Part shown: piece by piece, positions 51,618 to 60,476 of the stretch
How the letters are laid out: every line of letters starts with the position of its first letter
Position numbering within the stretch: position 1 is the stretch's first letter
Origin: Candidatus Latescibacterota bacterium
GTDB taxonomy: Bacteria > Krumholzibacteriota > Krumholzibacteriia > WVZY01
Length of the DNA: 64,000 nt
Assembly (NCBI GenBank): GCA_963791045.1
Contig: CAWBQK010000018.1
Location: 32,001 to 96,000 of the forward strand
Reading direction: 5' to 3'
The notes under the pieces: generated by a model
Database searches by the model: none
Told to the model about the DNA's origin: nothing
Seen by the model: only the letters and a program-made list of their open reading frames with translations
Program-made: the position numbers and the translations under genes

Positions 51618-54600
51618 ATGGTTGGCAAGTCAATACTCCATTACACAATCGTCGAGAAAATCGGCCAGGGTGGAATGGGTGTGGTTTACAAGGCCGAAGA
51701 CACCCGGCTCAAGCGAACCGTCGCCCTCAAATTTCTCCTCCCGCACATCCTGTCGAGCGACGAGGAGAAGTCACGCTTTGTCCACGAGGCCCAGGCGGCC
51801 GCAGCGCTTCATCATCCCAATATCTGCACGATCTACGAAATCAATGAGGCCGACGATCAGACCTTTATCTCGATGGCGTACCTCGAGGGAGAGGGGCTCA
51901 ATGAGCGGATCGATCGCGGAAGGCTCAAACCCGTCGAGGCGGTCCGGATCGCGTTGCAGTTGGCAAGGGGTTTGAAGGCGGCGCACGAAAAGAACATCGT
52001 TCACCGGGATATCAAGTCTTCCAACATAATGGTGGCCGTCGACGGCCGTGCGACGATAATGGATTTCGGTCTGGCGAAATCCGTCAAGCAAACCCACGCG
52101 ACACAGCGGGGAGCTCAGGTCGGAACCATTGCGTACATGTCGCCGGAACAAACCCGCGGGGATGCCGTCGATCACCGGACGGACATATGGGCGCTCGGTG
52201 TTCTGCTCTACGAAATGGTTGGCGGCCGGCGGCCTTTTGTGGGTGATTATGACGAAGCGGTCATCTATTCGATCCTCAACGAAGAAGCGGAACCGCTCGA
52301 CGCGTTGGCTCCTGACGCGCCCGAGGATATCTGGATAGCCGTTCGTCGCGCCATCGCCAAAAGCCCCGATAATCGTTATCAGACGACGAATGAACTGGTC
52401 GAAGATCTCGAAATACTCTACGACGACCTGCGCACGGGAACGTCGACCCGCCGCAGGGTGCTTCACGCGAGCCGGATCGTGCAGCCAAAAAAACCGGTCA
52501 CAAAAACGTGGTTCTCCTCACGCGTGTTTTCGACACTCGCCATTTATCTCGTTGCTTCATGGTTTCTCGTGCGCGCCATAGGTTGGGTGGCGGGCCGGAT
52601 GGAGTTTTCTCCGCGGTGGGCCGATGTGGCGCTTATCGGATTTCTTTCACTCATACCGACGGTGTGGATACTTGCCGCGCGTGACCGCGCCGTGCCGCGG
52701 ATCTGGCGGCGTGTCGTCAAGGTAGGTATCCCGGCCAATCTTGTCGCCACGGCAGTATTGCTCGTTGCATTGTTCGCGGGCCGCGATTTGGGCGCGACGA
52801 CAAAACGCGTAACGGTCCTCGACGAGGAGGGAAAACCGATCGAACGGATGGTGGCGAAAAGCGAGTACAGAAAAAGCCTCCTCGTGTTCTACCTCGACAG
52901 CAGGATGGAAGACACCACGAAACTCTGGGTTGGCGGCGGGATGATGCTCCTTCTCCAGGTGGATCTCTACCAGGACGGATATGTCTACGCGATGTCGAGT
53001 ATTGACCAGCAATTTCGACGGCAGGTCCGTGACGCGGGCTTCTCCTCGTGGTTCGACGCGCCGTGGAGCCTCAAGCGACAGACGGCCGAACGAGCGCACC
53101 TGGATTATCTGGTTACGGGGTCGTTTGAGTTCGAGGACAGCGCGTTGGTGGTGGAGTTGCTTCTCCATGAGTCACAGAGTGGCCGACTGGTGATGCAGCG
53201 TGAGTTTCGCGGAGAGAGTATCTTCGAAGTAACCGATGAAGCGAGTGTCGCGCTGAGACGTGCGATGGGGTTTTCCGAGGGTCACATCGACGCAATTCGG
53301 GATCTTCCGGTCTCCGAAATTTTTACAGGGTCCGTTCCCGCCGTGAGACACATGTGCCTCGGTATGTTTGGCGCGTTGAGTCTGGGTGACTGGGCGGCCG
53401 GCGTGGAAGAACTAGAGCTGAGCGTTGCCGAGGACCCGACGTTTGCGTGGGGCCATTTTACGCTGAACCAGCTCTATATGGCAAACAATGTGGCTGACAA
53501 GGCCGACGGTTCGATGCAATTGGCGATGCGTCACATTTACAGACTCCCCGAGCGGATGCAGTTTATGCTCAAGTCCGCGTATTACGATCATGTCGGTGAT
53601 CCCGAGAAGCGGCTCGCGGTCGTGCAAATGATGACCGAGCTGTATCCCGAAGACCTTACTGCACGGATGATGTTGGCGGATCTGAGATTGCGGCGCGATG
53701 AAAGAGCGCTGGCGATCGAACAATTCGAGGCGATTTTGGAAATCGACCCGTCGCGAACAGAATTCATGTCTCAAATCGGAGAACAGTATCGGGAGATGGG
53801 ACGGTTTGATGACGCACGCCGGGTTTACGACGAGTATCTTCTCCGTTTTCCAAACGATGGGGCGGTCTGGCACGCACGCGGGCTCGTTGACGAGGTCGAG
53901 GGCAGGTATGAAGACGCGTTGGCTCACTATGAGAAAACGCTGGTTCTCGATCCCAACAATTCCGGCGTACTGTGCGATATCGGAGATATCGAGGGAAAAA
54001 TCGGCGATGACATCAAGGCGCTCGAGATGTTCGACAGAGCGATGGAAGTTGCCAACACGCCGCAGGACCGTGCGCGCGTCCATGAGTCGCTCCAAAGATT
54101 CCACATGCATCGAGGGCAAACAGATTTGGCGATCAGGGATTTGTATGCCTGGTGGGATGAACGTGCGAAATACCTTCCTCCGGTCGTCGCGGAGATGGAA
54201 AAACTCGGGGATTTGGGTCAGTTTGTGAGAGCGGGGAAAACACAGACCGCTTTAGACGAATACGAATTGATCGCATCGCGTGTCGTGCCGCCTTTCGATG
54301 GAATGCTCCCGCTCGGACGAATGGCAATCTACTTTGAGCTCGAAGAGCCGGACAGTATCGAGACCGCGGTGAGGAGTCTGCGGATTTACATTGCGGATAA
54401 CCAGGCTGAGTTTCTCAGGGATGACGTCGATTGGGCCGAAGGGGTGATGGAAGAAGCGAGGGGTAATTATGAATCGGCAATCCGGGCATACGAGCGCAAA
54501 CTGGAAATCGATCCAACGGAGGCCGGCGTTTACCGCTTCATCGGAAGGTGCTACAGAAAACTTGGGCGGTACGATGAGGCAATAGAATCGCTGGAACGGG

Positions 54601-54776
54601 TACTAGCTGTTTATCCAAAACGAGGCCCGTCGAACTATGAGCTCGCCCTCGTGTACTGGGAATTGGGCGATAGGGCAAGGGCGCATGAACATCTCGAGAA
54701 AGCGCTCGAACGATGGAAGGACGCCGACCCCGATTTCGAACCGGCGAACGAAGCGAGACAAAGATTGTCCGAATGA
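51618..54776 (+). CDS. Membrane Hanks-type Ser/Thr kinase with TolB-N-like and TPR domains
   Basis: GQGGMGVV, VALK, HRDIKSSN, DFGLA, GTIAYMSPE. About 3 transmembrane helices. Multiple C-terminal TPRs. Confidence 0.92.
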   Translation: MVGKSILHYTIVEKIGQGGMGVVYKAEDTRLKRTVALKFLLPHILSSDEEKSRFVHEAQAAAALHHPNICTIYEINEADDQTFISMAYLEGEGLNERIDRGRLKPVEAVRIALQLARGLKAAHEKNIVHRDIKSSNIMVAVDGRATIMDFGLAKSVKQTHATQRGAQVGTIAYMSPEQTRGDAVDHRTDIWALGVLLYEMVGGRRPFVGDYDEAVIYSILNEEAEPLDALAPDAPEDIWIAVRRAIAKSPDNRYQTTNELVEDLEILYDDLRTGTSTRRRVLHASRIVQPKKPVTKTWFSSRVFSTLAIYLVASWFLVRAIGWVAGRMEFSPRWADVALIGFLSLIPTVWILAARDRAVPRIWRRVVKVGIPANLVATAVLLVALFAGRDLGATTKRVTVLDEEGKPIERMVAKSEYRKSLLVFYLDSRMEDTTKLWVGGGMMLLLQVDLYQDGYVYAMSSIDQQFRRQVRDAGFSSWFDAPWSLKRQTAERAHLDYLVTGSFEFEDSALVVELLLHESQSGRLVMQREFRGESIFEVTDEASVALRRAMGFSEGHIDAIRDLPVSEIFTGSVPAVRHMCLGMFGALSLGDWAAGVEELELSVAEDPTFAWGHFTLNQLYMANNVADKADGSMQLAMRHIYRLPERMQFMLKSAYYDHVGDPEKRLAVVQMMTELYPEDLTARMMLADLRLRRDERALAIEQFEAILEIDPSRTEFMSQIGEQYREMGRFDDARRVYDEYLLRFPNDGAVWHARGLVDEVEGRYEDALAHYEKTLVLDPNNSGVLCDIGDIEGKIGDDIKALEMFDRAMEVANTPQDRARVHESLQRFHMHRGQTDLAIRDLYAWWDERAKYLPPVVAEMEKLGDLGQFVRAGKTQTALDEYELIASRVVPPFDGMLPLGRMAIYFELEEPDSIETAVRSLRIYIADNQAEFLRDDVDWAEGVMEEARGNYESAIRAYERKLEIDPTEAGVYRFIGRCYRKLGRYDEAIESLERVLAVYPKRGPSNYELALVYWELGDRARAHEHLEKALERWKDADPDFEPANEARQRLSE

Positions 54777-54843
54777 GACTCGCGATAGAGTCAATTGCCG
54801 GGCCGGCAAGGCTTGCAGCCGCGGCAAACAATCCTTCTCTGGG

Positions 54844-55863
54844 CTACGGCTCCTCCAATACTTCGACGAGGAGCTTCCCACGATTCGATCCATCGAAGAG
54901 TCTGTTGAGTGACTCGGGCGCGTTTTCGAGACCTTTGACCACATCAACACGGTACTTGATCTTGCCCTGTGAATGCCAGGCTACGAGTTCCTTCACCGCT
55001 TCGTGCGCGCGATCGTAATAATCAAAAACTATGAAACCCTCGAGGCGTGCGCGCTTGGTTATCGCGTTGGCCAGAAAATACGGTCCGGGCATCGGTTTGT
55101 CGAGGTTGTACTGGGAGATCATTCCGCACATGACGATCCGCGCTTTGAGATTGATGGACGCGAGGGCCGCGTCAAGAATTTCGCCCCCGACGTTGTCGAA
55201 AAACACATCGATTCCATCTCTGCAGTGGCGTTTGAGACCTCGCAATACCGACGAGGATTTGTAATTGATGGCAGCGTCAAACCCAAGTTCATCGGTCAAC
55301 CAAAGGCATTTCTCATCGGACCCCGCGATCCCCACGACACGGCAGCCCTTGATTTTTGCGATCTGACCGACCAGTGAGCCGACGGCACCCGCCGCCGCGG
55401 ATACGACCACCGTCTCGCCTGATTTGGGTTTTCCAATGTCGAGGAGGCCGAAGTATGCGGTGAGTCCAATGTGGCCGAGGAGGCCGAGATGCGCGGTGAG
55501 CGGTATAGTTTCGTCGTGTTCAATCTTCTCGACGCCGGCGCCATCCGACAGGGCGAAGGTTTGCCAGCCGAAAAGTCCCTGCACGATGTCTCCGATTTTG
55601 AAATCGGCATGCCGGGACTCTTCGACGACGCCCAGCGCGAAACCACGCATCACGTCGCCGATCTTGACGGCTGGAAGGTACGAAGGGGTGGAGTTTGCCC
55701 ACACTCGGTTGGTGGGATCCAAAGAAAGGTAAATGTTGCGAACAAGAATGTGCCCGTCTTCGGGCGAAGGAATGCGCTCTGCATGCCAAGAAAAGTTATC
55801 CGGACTAATAGCTCCGTCCGGACGGGCGGCGAGCTGCCATTGCCGGTTGGTTCGGTCGGACAT
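54844..55863 (-). CDS. NADP-dependent oxidoreductase (MDR; prostaglandin reductase/CurA-like)
   Basis: LAARPDG, YLSLDP, GLTAYFGL, VSAAAGAVGS, FDNVGG, CGMISQYN, NRGKLLV. Confidence 0.92.
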   Translation of the reverse strand: MSDRTNRQWQLAARPDGAISPDNFSWHAERIPSPEDGHILVRNIYLSLDPTNRVWANSTPSYLPAVKIGDVMRGFALGVVEESRHADFKIGDIVQGLFGWQTFALSDGAGVEKIEHDETIPLTAHLGLLGHIGLTAYFGLLDIGKPKSGETVVVSAAAGAVGSLVGQIAKIKGCRVVGIAGSDEKCLWLTDELGFDAAINYKSSSVLRGLKRHCRDGIDVFFDNVGGEILDAALASINLKARIVMCGMISQYNLDKPMPGPYFLANAITKRARLEGFIVFDYYDRAHEAVKELVAWHSQGKIKYRVDVVKGLENAPESLNRLFDGSNRGKLLVEVLEEP

Positions 55864-55914
55864 GGGGACGCTCCGTGAGATCGGGGTTCGTTTTGTCGGT
55901 CGTTTGAAGGGAGT

Positions 55915-57501
55915 CTATGCCACTTCGCTGCGTCGCAACAAGATAAGAGTGACATCGTCCGAATTTGGCTGAGCGCCCAGAAACGCGCTCACCGCTGTGA
56001 TTATCCCTTCGCGTATCGCGGGAAGCGGATCCCTGTGTTTTCCGGAGAGGATGATTTCTACGGGTTCGATTCCAAGGAATGTTTCACCGTTGGTTGTTGC
56101 TTCCGGAATACCGTCGCTGACCACCATAAGAAGGTCTCCAGGCTCGATCGTTGTTTCGCCGCTGTCGATGATGAGGTCCTCGATCATCGCAACCGGCATC
56201 CCCGTCGGTTCGAGTTTTTCCATCGTCCGGTTTTTGCGGAGCAGCAGTGGCGGCTCGTGACCCGCGTTGACATAACGCAGTTGTCCCGTGTCTCCGTCGA
56301 GTTCTCCGAGAAAGAGAGTGATGAACTGTTCCTCGCTAAAACTCTTGAAGAGCTGCTTGTGAAGACGCTTTGTCAGGTCGACAAGTTCGAGATCGATTTC
56401 GGCGAGTAGCCCGATCGAAACGATGGCGGCGCTCATGGCGAGCGCGGCGGGCGTGCCTTTTCCCGAAACATCGCCCAGCGCGAACAAGACCTTGCCGTCC
56501 GGTCGCTCGATACAATGGTACAGGTCACCACCGACGGATCGGCACATGACCTGGTGCGCGTCGATTTCGTATCCGGCCGGAACATCGAGAGAACTGGGAA
56601 GCATTGTTCGCTGGATTCTCTCGGCGACCTTGAGTTCGCTCTCGAGACTCAGGTTGCGGAGCTTCACCGCGACGGCGTTCGCAGTCGCCGTCAGTACTTC
56701 GATATCCGCGTGGGAGTACTGAACGTTGGTGTCGGCCGTGTCGACGTATATGATGCCTCTCACTCGTTCATTGTCAAAGAGCGGGGCCGCCATGGCGGAA
56801 CGGAGACTCAACGCCATGATGCTCTGCTGACCTACATAATTGGGGTCTTCCTTGGGATTGGCAACGAGTACGGATTCACGCTGTCGGATGACCTGTCCGA
56901 CGATGGTCGAACTCAGATGGAGCGGCGCCCCATCGTCCTGATCCTGCGTCCATCTCGCCGCGGCCTCGATCGAGGTGGCCTCGCCCTTGTCTTTCAATAG
57001 AACAACACGGTCCGCGGAAACGCACTGGGCCACGAATCGGCAGGCGGCTTCTTCGACCTCTTCCGTGTTTTGTCCCGAAGCGAGAAGTTCGAAGAGTTGT
57101 GAGCTCTGCTCCATGATTCGATCGCGAGCAGCGTTCGAGTATCCTTCCTTCGGGTTGTAACTCATCATGCTGCTGACCTGGTCGGGCCGGACAAACGTGG
57201 TGTTGAGCGGAGACGCCGTTCCGGCCAGTTTCAAGATCGCGCCGCCAAAATTGATGATCGCCGTCGACGGTACCTCGACTTCCGTTTGTCCGACGCGCTC
57301 CCCGGAGATGTCGGTGCCGTTCGTGCTTCCCAGGTCGCGGACAAAAATCTTGTCTCCATCAATCCGAACGACAGCGTGATATTTGCTGACGCGCGCCATG
57401 GGGATGCGGACGACATTGTCACCGGCGCGGCCGACACTATGTTCTCCGTCGCCGAGGTGATAAGGAAGCGTACGGTCTTCCCAGGAAAGATCGAATTTCA
57501 T
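55915..57501 (-). CDS. FHA-GAF-PP2C (SpoIIE/RsbU-like) protein phosphatase
   Basis: FHA motifs VGR, SKYHA, DLGSTNGT. GAF motif SAMAAPL...GIIYVD. PP2C motifs GGDLY, GDVSGKG, SDG, DDVT. GGAG RBS before ATG 57501. Confidence 0.92.
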   Translation of the reverse strand: MKFDLSWEDRTLPYHLGDGEHSVGRAGDNVVRIPMARVSKYHAVVRIDGDKIFVRDLGSTNGTDISGERVGQTEVEVPSTAIINFGGAILKLAGTASPLNTTFVRPDQVSSMMSYNPKEGYSNAARDRIMEQSSQLFELLASGQNTEEVEEAACRFVAQCVSADRVVLLKDKGEATSIEAAARWTQDQDDGAPLHLSSTIVGQVIRQRESVLVANPKEDPNYVGQQSIMALSLRSAMAAPLFDNERVRGIIYVDTADTNVQYSHADIEVLTATANAVAVKLRNLSLESELKVAERIQRTMLPSSLDVPAGYEIDAHQVMCRSVGGDLYHCIERPDGKVLFALGDVSGKGTPAALAMSAAIVSIGLLAEIDLELVDLTKRLHKQLFKSFSEEQFITLFLGELDGDTGQLRYVNAGHEPPLLLRKNRTMEKLEPTGMPVAMIEDLIIDSGETTIEPGDLLMVVSDGIPEATTNGETFLGIEPVEIILSGKHRDPLPAIREGIITAVSAFLGAQPNSDDVTLILLRRSEVA

Positions 57502-57792
57502 CTTATATGACTCCGTTAATGATAAATCAGTGACACAAAATTGACGAGCGGTCGATATGCAAATCCGCCTCATTAGTTTGTGAAATCACGAACAAGCTAT
57601 TCGAATTGAACAAGTTATACAATAATTGATTGGCATCTTGAACGCGAATACAATATTTTTCAATCTGAGTTTATCTATTATAGAGGAATCAGCAGCACTT
57701 CAACGAAATCAGTTTTTAAAGACCGGCACACCGCCATCATCGACGGTGTGTAGTCGCATTGAACACGATCGCAACCGGAGGAAATCCACAGA

Positions 57793-60471
57793 ATGATCGG
57801 CAAGAAACTTTCACACTACGAAGTCATCGAGAAGATAGGCGCTGGTGGAATGGGCGAAGTGTACCGCGCCCGCGACACAAAGCTGGGGCGTGACGTCGCA
57901 CTCAAGATTTTGCCTGAGGTTTTTGCGAATGACACCGAGCGACTTGGGCGATTCGAGCGGGAAGCGCAATTGCTTGCTTCGCTCAACCACCCAAACATAG
58001 CGTCGATTTATGGTCTGGAACAATCGGGCTCCCACAAGTTCCTCGTTCTCGAATTGGTCGAAGGCGATGATCTGTCCAAACGTCTCGCGTCCGGACCGCT
58101 CTCGATCGAAGACGCATTGACCGTTGCGAGACAAATATGTGACGGCCTCGAAGCCGCTCACGACCAGGGTGTAATCCACAGAGATTTGAAACCGGGTAAC
58201 GTAGTCGCGAATGCGGACGGCGATGTCAAGGTTCTTGATTTTGGTCTTGCGAAAGCCCTCGACACGGAAGTGTCCGGTGTTTCCGATCTGTCGCAGTCGC
58301 CGACGATTATGACTGGCGCAACCATGCACGGCGTGATCCTGGGTACCGCGGCATATATGAGTCCGGAGCAGGCCAGGGGAAAGCGTGTCGACAGGCGGGC
58401 GGATATCTGGGCGTTTGGCTGCGTGCTTTTTGACATGCTCGCCGGCCAGCAGGCATTCAGCGGTGAAACCGTGTCGGACACGCTTGCATCGGTGCTCGCA
58501 CGTGAACCCGATTGGGACAGGGTTCCAAAGAATACACCGGCGGCGATCCAGCGGCTTCTCCACCGCTGTCTGACAAAGGATCCCAAACAGCGTCTTCGCG
58601 ATATTGGTGAAGCGAGGATTATTATAGACGCGGTGAGAAGGGGCGAAATTAGTGATCCGGTGGTGGCATCAGAGCCCGCCGCATCGGTCAAGAAGACAAA
58701 ACCGATCGTGTCCTGGACGATTGCCGCTGTATTCGCCATGGTTAGCCTTTTATCGCTCGCGGCATACGTTCGTAAGGCGCCGGAAGAGCCAAACGTGATT
58801 CGTGCGCTGATCCCTCCCCCCGATGAATCATCGTTCGAGCTCAGTTCCGTTCACCCGGGACCCGTGGCGATTTCGAATGATGGAACAAAGTTGGCGTTCA
58901 CGGCGCGAAACCCCGCGGGGGCCGTGGTTTTATGGGTTCGACCGCTTGATGAACTCGAGGCGCGACCGTTCCCAGGAACCGAGGGCGCCGGTTATCCGTT
59001 CTGGTCGCCCGACGGGAAATCCATTGGATTTTTTGCTAACGCCAAGCTCAAAAGGGTAGATTCGTCAGGTGGCCCGCCGTTGACCCTTTGTGATGCTTCG
59101 GTGGGAAAGGGAGGCACATGGAGCGAGGACGACGTTATTCTCCTCGCGCCGTCGTTCAACGGCCCAATTCACCGTGTGTCGGCGGCCGGTGGCGAATCGA
59201 CGCCGGTGACTGAAGTCGACGCGTCGCGTGGGGAAAACTCCCACCGTTTTCCTGTGTTTCTCCCTGGTGGAAACCGATTTTTGTATTTCGCCAGAGCGAC
59301 GGGGGCCGCGGCGGCCTCGGACGATGCTTCGGGCAGTATGATTTATGCCGGTTCTCTCGATGGGGAAGCGTCCAGGAGTCTGTTCCGGTGCCAGTCCCAG
59401 GTCACCTTCGCCTCGGGACACCTGTTGTTTGTTCGGGAGAACGCGCTGATGGCCCGGCCTTTCGATTCTGAAAGCGCCGAGTTTACCGGCGACGCGTTTC
59501 CGATTGTCGACCAGGTGAATTTTCTCCCGGCGGCATCGCGCGGAATATTTGATGCGTCGCAAAACGGGCAGCTAATTTATCTGGCGGGGGCGGCCACACC
59601 GGGAAGCAAACTAAAGTGGCTGGATCGGAATGGAAAAGACATCGAGATTCTCGGCGACCTGGCGACGTATGACGAACCTTCAATTTCGCCGGACGGAAAA
59701 AAGGTCGCCGTCGTAGTTACCGATCCGCGGAATTCTACCTGGGATGTGTGGGTGTACGAAGCGTCGCGAGGGGTACGCACCCGGTTCACATTCGGGCCTG
59801 ACGCGTTGAACGGAAACCCCATCTGGTCGCCCGACGGCTCACGTTTGATTTATCGATCGGATCGTGCCGCCAAAGCCAATCTCTATTCGAAGGCGTTCGC
59901 CGGTTCGGCAACCGAAGAGCTCATTTTGGACACCGACGAGCCCAAGGGGCCGACGAGCTATAGCCGAGACGGTAAGTACCTGCTTTTTAGTTCGTACGCG
60001 ACCGACACCAAGGCTGATGTGTGGATAATGTCCATGGAGGGTGAGACGGACATCCAGCCTCTTCTCAGAACTGAGTTTATGGAAGGCGGGGCGGTGTTTT
60101 CTCCTGATGGTAAGTGGGTCGCGTATTCGTCGGATGAATCGGGACGGTTCGAAGTGTATGTCATGCCGTTTCCCGGACCCGGTCGCAAATGGCAGGTCTC
60201 GTCGGCCGGTGGTCTGACGCCGCGTTGGAGAGGAGATGGCGGCGAGTTGTACTTTCAGACTCTCAACAATCAAATAAAGGCGGTCTCGCTTGGATACCAG
60301 GACTCCGCGTTGATTGTCGGGGCTGATGAAGAGTTGTTCCAGTTTCCGACGGGACGTGGGTATGACGTTTCGGCTGACGGACAGAAATTCCTGGTCGTAG
60401 ACGAAGAGGATCGTGTGTTTTCACCGTTGACACTGGTGGTCAACTGGACTGCTGAACTCGAGGACGAATAA
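57793..60471 (+). CDS. Membrane Ser/Thr kinase with TolB-like (PD40) beta-propellers
   Basis: GAGGMGEV, HRDLKPGN, DFGLA, GTAAYMSPE. One transmembrane helix. Repeated WSPDG/FSPDG blades. GGAGG RBS. Confidence 0.94.
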   Translation: MIGKKLSHYEVIEKIGAGGMGEVYRARDTKLGRDVALKILPEVFANDTERLGRFEREAQLLASLNHPNIASIYGLEQSGSHKFLVLELVEGDDLSKRLASGPLSIEDALTVARQICDGLEAAHDQGVIHRDLKPGNVVANADGDVKVLDFGLAKALDTEVSGVSDLSQSPTIMTGATMHGVILGTAAYMSPEQARGKRVDRRADIWAFGCVLFDMLAGQQAFSGETVSDTLASVLAREPDWDRVPKNTPAAIQRLLHRCLTKDPKQRLRDIGEARIIIDAVRRGEISDPVVASEPAASVKKTKPIVSWTIAAVFAMVSLLSLAAYVRKAPEEPNVIRALIPPPDESSFELSSVHPGPVAISNDGTKLAFTARNPAGAVVLWVRPLDELEARPFPGTEGAGYPFWSPDGKSIGFFANAKLKRVDSSGGPPLTLCDASVGKGGTWSEDDVILLAPSFNGPIHRVSAAGGESTPVTEVDASRGENSHRFPVFLPGGNRFLYFARATGAAAASDDASGSMIYAGSLDGEASRSLFRCQSQVTFASGHLLFVRENALMARPFDSESAEFTGDAFPIVDQVNFLPAASRGIFDASQNGQLIYLAGAATPGSKLKWLDRNGKDIEILGDLATYDEPSISPDGKKVAVVVTDPRNSTWDVWVYEASRGVRTRFTFGPDALNGNPIWSPDGSRLIYRSDRAAKANLYSKAFAGSATEELILDTDEPKGPTSYSRDGKYLLFSSYATDTKADVWIMSMEGETDIQPLLRTEFMEGGAVFSPDGKWVAYSSDESGRFEVYVMPFPGPGRKWQVSSAGGLTPRWRGDGGELYFQTLNNQIKAVSLGYQDSALIVGADEELFQFPTGRGYDVSADGQKFLVVDEEDRVFSPLTLVVNWTAELEDE

Positions 60472-60476
60472 GAATT

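Noticed and set aside
57630-57646. Sigma54-like GG-N10-GC (TTGGCATCTTGAACGC) upstream of the kinases
   Set aside because: The -12 element is ACGC rather than TTGC; too weak to call.
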